This document shows positions 35,211 through 42,748 of a stretch of DNA of 48,124 nt, piece after piece. Position 1 is the first letter of the stretch, and each line of letters starts with the position of its first letter. This stretch comes from a virus (taxonomy: Duplodnaviria > Caudoviricetes): positions 1 through 48,124 of IMG/VR virus record IMGVR_UViG_3300032373_001152. One strand, given 5' to 3'. The translations under genes and the position numbers were made by a program. Under the pieces are notes generated by a model, which had not been told where the DNA came from, did no database searches, and worked only from the letters and a program-made list of their open reading frames with translations.

Positions 35211-35705
35211 TCAGCTGTCCTGTCCCTTGATCTTCGGCCAGTCGGTGACCGAGAACACTTCGACGACGACCGCGGCCTCGCCGATCAGCTTGGCCAGCAA
35301 GGCGATGTCGCGATCAAATAGGCGCAGGCATCCATACGTCGCCATCAGTCGGTCGTTGCCGCGATTGCCGTGAACAGCGAGTCCGGTGCGGCCGCGCTGT
35401 GCGGCCTTCAGGGCGTCGCCGGTCTGTCCCTCGAGCAGGATCGCGGTCGGGCCGAGCGTCTTGTGAGATGGCGCGAAGCGGGTGATCCGCGACGGCCGGT
35501 AAAGACCGGCCGGGGTATCGCCGTAGGGCCGGGTGGCGTCGCGGCTCGTATTGCCTTGCCGCGCCGCCTGGCTGCTATCGGCCTTGCCGCGGCACGGTAT
35601 GTCGTACAGCCGCTTTGCGCCCGCCGGGTCAAAGACGCAGAGGAAGCCCGGCAACCGTCGGTCGTCGGGCAGGTAAGCGAAAATCCTGAAGGGTTCGTTT
35701 TTCAT
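35211..35705 (-). CDS. L,D-transpeptidase-fold (YkuD/Tlde1-like) protein; putative endolysin
   Basis: GDTPAGLY, GLAVHG...ATYGCLRL (His/Cys motif); occupies the Mu lys slot. Confidence 0.65.
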   Translation of the reverse strand: MKNEPFRIFAYLPDDRRLPGFLCVFDPAGAKRLYDIPCRGKADSSQAARQGNTSRDATRPYGDTPAGLYRPSRITRFAPSHKTLGPTAILLEGQTGDALKAAQRGRTGLAVHGNRGNDRLMATYGCLRLFDRDIALLAKLIGEAAVVVEVFSVTDWPKIKGQDS

Positions 35706-35739
35706 GCCCGCCATGGTAGGCGGCGGGGCCAATAAAAAA

Positions 35740-35759
35740 CCCCGGACAATTGTCCGGGG
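35740..35759. promoter_or_regulatory. Palindromic late-promoter activator site (upstream of lysis genes)
   Basis: Perfect palindrome CCCCGGACAATTGTCCGGGG. Confidence 0.65.
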
Positions 35760-35791
35760 CGCACCAAGGTATTGCGGCTACTCTGCCACGC

Positions 35792-36175
35792 TCACTGATT
35801 TTCGTCAAACAGCGGTAACGGCTCTTGCTCGCGGATGCGCTTTCGCAGGCGGCGGGCGGTGCGCTCGTGACTGTCGCCGGCCAGCGCCGCCTGCGTGTTG
35901 GAACCGCCCGCGCCCATCACCTTCGCCATCACCTCTCGGCGGTGTCCCTGGCCGCGCAGGTTGGCCATCGGGATCAGCATGCGGCCATAGCCGACCGTGT
36001 TCGCAATCCTGCGGGCCGCCTCCAGGCCGACCAGCTTGGTGATGCGCGAGCCCGGTTTGGGGTTCTTCGCCACCGTGATCTCGGTGCCGCCGACGGCGCG
36101 CGCCAGTCGCAGCGCGACGGCGTTACCCGCCGCCTCGGCGATGTCGGCGAGAATTCCGGGAAGCTCACTGCTCAT
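35792..36175 (-). CDS. Mor/C-like transcriptional activator
   Basis: ELPGILADIAEAAG..VALRLARAVGGTEITV plus C-terminal HTH; last gene before the late operon. Confidence 0.75.
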   Translation of the reverse strand: MSSELPGILADIAEAAGNAVALRLARAVGGTEITVAKNPKPGSRITKLVGLEAARRIANTVGYGRMLIPMANLRGQGHRREVMAKVMGAGGSNTQAALAGDSHERTARRLRKRIREQEPLPLFDENQ

Positions 36176-36462
36176 GGTTTTCGCACGGCCTCACATGTGC
36201 AGATCGCCGGTCCGGAGACCAGCGGGCGGGCCCGGCCGATGGTGACAATGCTGCCAAGCCGGGTGTTAAACAGCACCGCGAAGCGGGCCTTTCGGAACTG
36301 CACCGTCAGGAAATATTGGTCGGTATCCGGGCGCACAAACACCGGTTGCATGCGCAGGATGGTTTCTTCAAGGTGACTGATATCGTCACAAGCCAGCTTG
36401 ATCCCGTGCGCCTCGGCGCGCCGAACGGCATATATCCGGCCATGTCCGACCGATATATTCAT
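36172..36462 (-). CDS. Hypothetical protein
   Basis: ATGA overlaps with both neighbours. Confidence 0.55.
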   Translation of the reverse strand: MNISVGHGRIYAVRRAEAHGIKLACDDISHLEETILRMQPVFVRPDTDQYFLTVQFRKARFAVLFNTRLGSIVTIGRARPLVSGPAICTCEAVRKP

Positions 36463-37220
36463 GTCGTGATGACCTCAGCAATATCCTTGACGGATGCGAG
36501 GCCCCGCTTGGCGAGCGCCCGGCGGATCCACGCGCCCAGGGATTCGATGATCCTGTCTTGCTCGATCTCGGTCATGTTGGCGATGATGTTGTTGTCGTCG
36601 GTTCCGATCAGCCGCGACGCGTAGCCGTTGAGGCCGAAAGCCAGTTTCGCCTCGTCCAGTTTCATGAGGATCGCCCATTGCGCTTCGATCACCCGCATGC
36701 GCGGCCGGTGAACCGGACCCCTGCCGATGATGTTGCGGTAGGGATCCCAGTTGACTCCGGCTTGCCGTTGGGCCCAATCCTTCAGGGCCTCGACAACCTT
36801 GACGGCCTGCCCGCCGTCCAGCCACTGCAGCGCCGCCACGCCACGATCCCGACCGCCCGAAACACGCCTCGCGAAATTGGCCAGGGCCTGTTCTGACGGA
36901 TCGCGAACGACGCCCAGATTGTAAAGCGAGATCCACAAGGCCCGCATCTTGGCGGCCTCGATGCCACTGGCCAGCTTGCGGCCGCCGGCGCGCACGGGTG
37001 GCCGTTTGGTGAACCGGGCGCCCTTGGCCTTAAGGCTCGCAACCAGTTCTTCCAGTTCGCCGATCGTCAACTCGGTGGCCGAGGTCCTGCCGCCGAACTG
37101 GCCCACCAGCATGTCGCGGTACAGATCATCATCGATGCCCAGTTGCTTCTGCGCAATCTTGACCTTGGCGATCAGGCCTTTTCGAACCGGCGTGGTCTTG
37201 AACTTGCGGGCAGCGGTCAT
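36459..37220 (-). CDS. gemA: GemA/gp16 (DUF1018) protein
   Basis: LIAKVKIAQKQLGIDDDLYRDML, KMRALWISL, VVEALKDW. Confidence 0.88.
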   Translation of the reverse strand: MTAARKFKTTPVRKGLIAKVKIAQKQLGIDDDLYRDMLVGQFGGRTSATELTIGELEELVASLKAKGARFTKRPPVRAGGRKLASGIEAAKMRALWISLYNLGVVRDPSEQALANFARRVSGGRDRGVAALQWLDGGQAVKVVEALKDWAQRQAGVNWDPYRNIIGRGPVHRPRMRVIEAQWAILMKLDEAKLAFGLNGYASRLIGTDDNNIIANMTEIEQDRIIESLGAWIRRALAKRGLASVKDIAEVITT

Positions 37221-37420
37221 GGCGTTCGGTCCTTGGCGTTGTCTACAATCAGATACGGCTTGCACCGCGAATACAGAATGCGAGGCGGTATGCAAAAGGC
37301 GTCTTTGATTTCGGCCTGAAAATAGGCGGTGACGTCATGAGAAGAGGCCATATCAACCCCCACTATTATCGGTTTGATTTCCGGCAGTTGCTTTAGTGCT
37401 TCATACGGTTTCATGGTCAA
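37217..37420 (-). CDS. Hypothetical protein
   Basis: Short ORF with an ATGA overlap to gemA. Confidence 0.4.
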   Translation of the reverse strand: MTMKPYEALKQLPEIKPIIVGVDMASSHDVTAYFQAEIKDAFCIPPRILYSRCKPYLIVDNAKDRTP

Positions 37421-37503
37421 AATCCCTGGTTACGATGGCATTGCCGGACCGCCGCAATCAGCCCCGCGCTCTCTGACGATGGTGTCTGCGGCCTGTAGGA
37501 TGC

Positions 37504-38133
37504 TCAATTTTTTTTGCTCTGTTGGGCCAAAAGATGCTCCAATTCCGTTACCGCCATGATCGTCGGCTTGATCTCATCCGGAGCGTTGTCGTAGCCGCGA
37601 CCGAAACGACCATTCAGCCGTGGCAACATGGCTCGCGGTACAAGCTTCCAATTCGATGGGAGGGTGTTCAGTTTATTTCCATCGAGGCATTTAAGGACCA
37701 TGCCGTCCGGCACGGGGCCGTTCGCCTGTACCCACAACCACCGATGTTTCTGCACGTAGCGCCGCTCAAAACCTGTGTGAGGGTTTGTTTGCTCAACGCT
37801 AATCTCAACGTATCCGTCTTTTCTAATCACCTCATGGCCCACATATTTGTTGTTGTGCGGCAGTTGCCCTTTCTTGAACCGGGTCCGGGCGCTGTTGAGG
37901 TTGTAGGGCATGGATTTACCCTTATTAGCCGGTGTATGACCGCCCTCAAAACGGCCTGACCGACCCGTCATCCAGCCTTTTCGTTTACAAAGTGCTTTCA
38001 GGTTATCCAGCGATACGTCCGTCCGACCGAACGCCTTGACGAAAGCAAGATGCAACTTACGGCGTGGCATGGCTCGGTGCGTCTCTAAGAAATCTCTTTC
38101 CGCCTGGCCATAATGTATGGCTTGACCTCTCAT
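37504..38133 (-). CDS. HNH endonuclease-family protein
   Basis: KHRWLWVQANGPVPDG..L..LDGNKLNTLPSNW. Confidence 0.82.
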   Translation of the reverse strand: MRGQAIHYGQAERDFLETHRAMPRRKLHLAFVKAFGRTDVSLDNLKALCKRKGWMTGRSGRFEGGHTPANKGKSMPYNLNSARTRFKKGQLPHNNKYVGHEVIRKDGYVEISVEQTNPHTGFERRYVQKHRWLWVQANGPVPDGMVLKCLDGNKLNTLPSNWKLVPRAMLPRLNGRFGRGYDNAPDEIKPTIMAVTELEHLLAQQSKKN

Positions 38134-38405
38134 TTTACCTTCGGCCCCACGTCTTCATATGGCTTTTGATCAGGCTGCCCCTCGATCATCGGCAGGCGTT
38201 TTATGAACTGTTCGCCGTGATCAGCGACGAGTTTGCACGCCGACAACGTAAGGTTGGCGTTTGCTATGATCTTATCAGCCACTTTCACAATAGCGTCTGT
38301 ACGCGCGGCCTCTTGCTCGATCTGCTCGCTAGTCAAGTCCGTTTCAGACAAGCGCTCGATCTGCATGAAAAGGTGGTCGTTAAGATCCGTTAATCGATTT
38401 TTCAT
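38130..38405 (-). CDS. Conserved phage protein preceding the HNH gene
   Basis: MKNRLTDLNDHLFMQIERL; GAGAG RBS. Confidence 0.75.
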   Translation of the reverse strand: MKNRLTDLNDHLFMQIERLSETDLTSEQIEQEAARTDAIVKVADKIIANANLTLSACKLVADHGEQFIKRLPMIEGQPDQKPYEDVGPKVK

Positions 38406-38661
38406 CGCTCTCTCCGTTGTGTTCTGCCTCGGTGTTTCGACTGGGAGACGACTCCGATGTTGCGGTTGGCTCCAAAATTCGGTCGAGGGCCGGGCCATAG
38501 CCGTTCCTGCGCAGGCACCGGGTCATCAGATCCAAGAGCCGTTCGCGTGCCGCCGCCGAGCCGGGTGCGCAGGTGGCGACGATCTTTTGTGCCTGTGCGT
38601 CGAACTCGGCGACGCACATGTAAGCTGGAAATTTGAAAGCGGGGGTTGAGCGGGCATTCAT
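38380..38661 (-). CDS. Hypothetical protein
   Basis: ATGA overlap with the upstream ORF. Confidence 0.4.
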   Translation of the reverse strand: MNARSTPAFKFPAYMCVAEFDAQAQKIVATCAPGSAAARERLLDLMTRCLRRNGYGPALDRILEPTATSESSPSRNTEAEHNGESDEKSINGS

Positions 38662-38981
38662 TTGATCGGGTCCTTTGCTGTCGATCCGTATCTGTGGGTA
38701 CGCCTGTCCGCGGTCGCGGCGGATAGGCGGTCAAGGTTCTCAACGATCGCGGCGTCATGTGATTCCGCATCCTGATCAGATTCACGGTCATCGGCACCAC
38801 AGGCCGCCAGCGCGTCTATCTGCGCCGGATCGACCGGCGCCAGCAGATAGGTCTTGCCGCAGACGACGATCAGATCGGCAGTTTCGAGAAGCGCCGCCAT
38901 CGCCTCTTCAAGTGTCATCGACGGGATTTCCTGGCTCTCAGGAAACCGCGCCATTTCCGCCCTCACGATGTTCCGCGTCAT
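38658..38981 (-). CDS. Hypothetical protein
   Basis: In-operon ORF with GGAG RBS. Confidence 0.55.
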   Translation of the reverse strand: MTRNIVRAEMARFPESQEIPSMTLEEAMAALLETADLIVVCGKTYLLAPVDPAQIDALAACGADDRESDQDAESHDAAIVENLDRLSAATADRRTHRYGSTAKDPIK

Positions 38982-38985
38982 CGGC

Positions 38986-39288
38986 TTATCTCCCGCCCGC
39001 CGCCAGCCCGGTCGGAAGTCCGGCGAAAGATTCCTGGTGAGCGTTGATCAGGTCGCGCACGTCACCGAGTGCGATGCCTTGTTCGCCGCAATGACGCAGC
39101 GCCAGCTTCAGCAGGTCACGCGGATCGCCATCCGTCTCGCCCAGTTGAACGCAGAGCGCGAAATGCCGGGCCTCGGTAACGGCGGCGCGCATCTGATCGC
39201 CAACATCGGACTTGCGCCGAAGTGGATAAAATCGCGCGGTGGTCATCTGCAATTGCAAGAGGGCTTCGGTCAGGTTCCTGGTACGCAT
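38986..39288 (-). CDS. Hypothetical protein
   Basis: In-operon ORF with AGGA RBS. Confidence 0.55.
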   Translation of the reverse strand: MRTRNLTEALLQLQMTTARFYPLRRKSDVGDQMRAAVTEARHFALCVQLGETDGDPRDLLKLALRHCGEQGIALGDVRDLINAHQESFAGLPTGLAAGGR

Positions 39289-39314
39289 GGCGGTATTCCT
39301 ATCGATTGATGGGG

Positions 39315-39845
39315 TTACACGATCGCCTCTGTCTTGGTTTCAAGCGGCTTGATAATGAAGTCCTCGCCGCCGGAGCCGATGGAAACGCCCTTGATGGCAT
39401 CGAGCGCCGACGGATCCTTGAGCATCGCTTCCTTGTCGATTTCTTCTTTGGTGCGGATGAACTGAAACAGCTTCTTTTTCTTCAGGGCCGCCAAAATGGC
39501 ATCGACGCCGCGTAGCGAAACCTTGGCCGGCCGGCGGCGCCAACTGACATCGCCGGCGAGGAAGCGGTGGCTCTTGATCTTGCCGTCGCGGGTCAGCGTG
39601 GCGCGATTGGCGGCGCACCAGACCTGAACCCCCTGAGCGGTCGCGGCCAGGTCTTCCTTCGCCTGTTTGAACGGCGTCTCGTAACCGGCGATCGCCTCGG
39701 CGATGACGCCGTCCATTTCCGTCTTGAGAGAATCCTGCAGCCGTTGCAGGTCGCCGATCTTGCGGATCGCGGCGTTCACGTCATCTTCGTTTTGCGGTAC
39801 AGGCAGTTGTGCCGCCTGCTTTACGCGACTGGGTTTTCTGGTCAT
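39315..39845 (-). CDS. gam: Mu Gam-like host-nuclease inhibitor (DNA end-binding)
   Basis: IRKIGDLQR, VQVWCAANR, GDVSWRRRPAKV, FIRTKEEIDKEAML, EDFIIKP. Confidence 0.92.
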   Translation of the reverse strand: MTRKPSRVKQAAQLPVPQNEDDVNAAIRKIGDLQRLQDSLKTEMDGVIAEAIAGYETPFKQAKEDLAATAQGVQVWCAANRATLTRDGKIKSHRFLAGDVSWRRRPAKVSLRGVDAILAALKKKKLFQFIRTKEEIDKEAMLKDPSALDAIKGVSIGSGGEDFIIKPLETKTEAIV

Positions 39846-40009
39846 TTGTCTTCCTTGCGAAGGTTTAGAACGGTGTTTTTGCGGATGGCTGAAAGGCCGT
39901 TTCTCGGTCGGTTAAGAGGCCGTTGAACGATCACCCAAACGGCCGCGAGCAAGGCCAGCACCGGCCATGCGATGTTGTTGCGCAGACGGATCAGCGTGCG
40001 ACGGGTCAT
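39842..40009 (-). CDS. Small membrane protein
   Basis: 55 aa with TM segment IAWPVLALLAAVWVIV; ATGA overlaps on both sides. Confidence 0.5.
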   Translation of the reverse strand: MTRRTLIRLRNNIAWPVLALLAAVWVIVQRPLNRPRNGLSAIRKNTVLNLRKEDK

Positions 40010-40698
40010 GATTTTTTTTCCTTGTTTCCTGGAAATTCGGGAATGCTCTGGCTGGAGCGCTTCCAGTTCGTGCCGCGGTCGATTATCGAGGCGGTCATCG
40101 TCTTCTGATCCACCTCGAGTATTGTCCAGGTGCCGGTCGCCGAGAGCAGCAGCTCCATCTTGACGCCCGGCCGGATGGTCGCGTGGATCTGCACGACCTC
40201 GCCGAAAACGTCGCGCAGACGATCGCGTATGTCGATGGCCGGGCCGGCTACGACGCAAGCAATGGCGTCTGCCTGCGTATTTTCGGGATTCTTTTGGCGG
40301 GCTATTCTGTTGATCCTGGCGCGCTCCGCCATCGCCTCGAACATGGCGTCCGTACTCCTTTTTTCGATGCTCGGTAGCATTCTCCGCAGATCGTCGAGCG
40401 TGGTCGATATCTCGGAGTCGGCGTTCTTCAGGCGTTCGATGCGGCTCACCGCATGACTGACAGTGCTGTGATCGCGGCCGCCGAAATGATTACCGAGCAC
40501 GGTATAGGATTTACGCGTGATGACGCTGGCCATGTAGATGGCGACGTGTCGCGCCAGCGCGATTTCCTGCGTACGGGTTGGAGACAGCAGGTCGGCGACG
40601 CTAAGTTGATAATATTCGGCAACGGCGCGTTGTATCCGTGCCACTGAAATCGCCGGGCTGGCTCGCAAAAGATCGCTGTTCTGGTCAATCATGTTCAT
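40006..40698 (-). CDS. DnaA domain IV (C-terminal HTH)-containing protein
   Basis: IQRAVAEYYQLSVADLLS.TR...ALARHVAIY...LGNHFGGRDHSTVSHAV. Confidence 0.88.
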   Translation of the reverse strand: MNMIDQNSDLLRASPAISVARIQRAVAEYYQLSVADLLSPTRTQEIALARHVAIYMASVITRKSYTVLGNHFGGRDHSTVSHAVSRIERLKNADSEISTTLDDLRRMLPSIEKRSTDAMFEAMAERARINRIARQKNPENTQADAIACVVAGPAIDIRDRLRDVFGEVVQIHATIRPGVKMELLLSATGTWTILEVDQKTMTASIIDRGTNWKRSSQSIPEFPGNKEKKS

Positions 40699-40958
40699 GG
40701 TTTTGCTCCTGATTTGAAATGCACGACATTGGCGGGCAAGGCGCCCGGTTGCCGGTCGATGATGGGAACGGTGCGGGCTTCGAGCTCTTCGGCATCGTCA
40801 ACCGCGGCCTCGATAATCGCGCAGACCATCGTCATGTCGGATGGCTGTATCCGCATGCCGGTGGCGGCGTAGGGCCGCAGGCGATCGGCCAGGCTGCGCA
40901 GGTTTTCGCTCAACATTGCTTTGATCCTCCTGTTCTGGATATTGGGCAGGCGCCGCAC
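40695..40958 (-). CDS. Hypothetical protein (start may be 40916)
   Basis: In-operon ORF; GGAGG upstream of the MLSEN codon. Confidence 0.55.
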   Translation of the reverse strand: MRRLPNIQNRRIKAMLSENLRSLADRLRPYAATGMRIQPSDMTMVCAIIEAAVDDAEELEARTVPIIDRQPGALPANVVHFKSGAKP

Positions 40959-41302
40959 GCCTTGACCATGCGCGCCCGAAAAGCACTGGTCCGGTTGCCG
41001 CCTTTCGCGTGTTCCTGATTATCGAGGCAGACGGCGAGCGATATCTCGCCGGACGCCGGGCACCGTACCGTTGCGGACATCAATTCCCCTTGGACCCGAC
41101 TTTCGACCATCGCCATGTCGCCTTTGTAGGTCTTGCTGATGACCGAGCTGCAGACCGAGCCGGTGGTGTATTTAAGCCGCTTGCCGACTTTCGACTGGGA
41201 TGTCGCGTCGCATTCCTGGGCCAGCACGATAATCCAATCCGGACACTTATCGCCCCAGGCGGCGCGGGCCTTTTCGACGTTGGTGGATGCGTTGGCGCTC
41301 AT
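40910..41302 (-). CDS. Mu-like early HTH/Cys-cluster protein
   Basis: ARAAWG..PDWI..LA..CD..SQ, VRCPASGEI...CGACP. Confidence 0.7.
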   Translation of the reverse strand: MSANASTNVEKARAAWGDKCPDWIIVLAQECDATSQSKVGKRLKYTTGSVCSSVISKTYKGDMAMVESRVQGELMSATVRCPASGEISLAVCLDNQEHAKGGNRTSAFRARMVKACGACPISRTGGSKQC

Positions 41303-41940
41303 CTCGCACCGCCTTTCGTGATCTCTGATTTGGGCCAGACGACGGTGTTGCTGTTGGGATCAAAGACCTGCTTGATGCGCTGGATTTGCGGCGGTTTGGG
41401 GCCGGGATCGCGGGCCCGGATAAAGGCCATGCGGGCGGGCTTGCCGGGCGCGCCCTTGGCAACGGCGCGGACAAAACCGGCCTTGATCATGAACTTCAGG
41501 TAATCGGCGGCGGCGGTCTCGGCGACCTGCGCCTTCGACGTGCTGGCGGCCAGCGCCAGTTCGGCGGCGGTAAAGGCGTTGAGTGTCTTCATGGTCCGCC
41601 ACATGGCCTCGGTGCCAAGCCCTTGAGTAACTTCGGAACCATCTTTGCGGACGCGCGGCGCTTCGGCGCCGACGTTCCGTGACAGCCGGTATTTTGTGGC
41701 CTCGAAGAACGCGCCGGGTGTGCGAATCCCGGTCGTCAGGTAACCTGCGTTTGTCAGGCCATTGACGTAGGTCTTGATGGTGCCCTTTTTTACCTCGTGG
41801 CCACAGGCATCAAAAATGTCGCGGCAGGTAAACGTTGCGTCCTTGGCGGTCGACGCCAGTTTACGAATCGCGGTCCAGATGGCATCGCGGCCATAGGGCT
41901 TGTTTGATTTTGCGATAACGTCGGCGGGTTTTCTGGCCAT
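41299..41940 (-). CDS. Mu-like early winged-helix protein downstream of MuB
   Basis: RDAIWTAIR, MWRTMK, GPKPPQIQRIKQVFDPN. Confidence 0.75.
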   Translation of the reverse strand: MARKPADVIAKSNKPYGRDAIWTAIRKLASTAKDATFTCRDIFDACGHEVKKGTIKTYVNGLTNAGYLTTGIRTPGAFFEATKYRLSRNVGAEAPRVRKDGSEVTQGLGTEAMWRTMKTLNAFTAAELALAASTSKAQVAETAAADYLKFMIKAGFVRAVAKGAPGKPARMAFIRARDPGPKPPQIQRIKQVFDPNSNTVVWPKSEITKGGAR

Positions 41941-42675
41941 CTATGCATCCTCCGCCGGATCCCAGTCGTCAAGACTGACGGTGGAGAAGTTGGCCAGCGC
42001 AGCCTTTTCGCGCAGGTCATACAGCTTGGTAACGACGCGCCTGGCGCTGCCGCCGGTGCCGCTGACGAGCTTCTTTAAGATGTCAGGTTTTATCGTCAGG
42101 CCTGGACAAACGAGGTGCGCCAGGACTCTTACGTCGTCCCTATCTGTTGGTTTGGCTTCGACGCTTTTCAGCACACGGCTATCGAGGCGCTCCCACATTT
42201 TCAACATGTTAGGCATGTTGCCTTCGCCGATCAAAATGATGCTGGATCCCGCCGCCGCGCAGTATTTGTAGATCGAGCGGACGATTTCGATCATGCCGCG
42301 TTTGACCAGAAAATCGGCCTCGTCGATGATCAGCGGCCGCCGCGGGTGATCGGCCAGATGGTCGCCGATTTCAGCGACGGCCCGGTAGATCGGTTTCTTC
42401 AGCACCGTGCGCGGCGGCAACAGGCCCAGTTCGACCATGACGGCTTCGCAGAAGGCCTGCTGCGTCCAGGTGAAATCGCACTCGACGTAATAGGCTCGAA
42501 ACTCGTTGATGCCATACATCGCCGAAAATGTTTTCCCCAAGCCGGCGCGACCCGAAAAGGTGCCGAAGCCCGGCAATTCGGGCGGCCGGTTGACCAGCAG
42601 TTCGACCAGTTCGGTAAAGCGCGCCACGTTTTTCAGCGGGGCGATGGTGTTGACGCCTTGAATGTTGTCTGTCAT
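41941..42675 (-). CDS. MuB-like AAA+ transposition ATPase
   Basis: Walker A GRAGLGKT, Walker B LIIDEAD; follows MuA. Confidence 0.92.
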   Translation of the reverse strand: MTDNIQGVNTIAPLKNVARFTELVELLVNRPPELPGFGTFSGRAGLGKTFSAMYGINEFRAYYVECDFTWTQQAFCEAVMVELGLLPPRTVLKKPIYRAVAEIGDHLADHPRRPLIIDEADFLVKRGMIEIVRSIYKYCAAAGSSIILIGEGNMPNMLKMWERLDSRVLKSVEAKPTDRDDVRVLAHLVCPGLTIKPDILKKLVSGTGGSARRVVTKLYDLREKAALANFSTVSLDDWDPAEDA

Positions 42676-42696
42676 TTTATCCTCTCACTTTAGTTG

Positions 42697-42738
42697 AAAA
42701 CGTCCGCTTCTGGTTGCAAACGGGCGGGCGTTTTTTTT
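42697..42738. terminator. Hairpin with flanking A/T runs between MuA and MuB
   Basis: AAAACGTCCGC...GCGGGCGTTTTTTTT. Confidence 0.45.
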
Positions 42739-42748
42739 ACCGGCTTTG

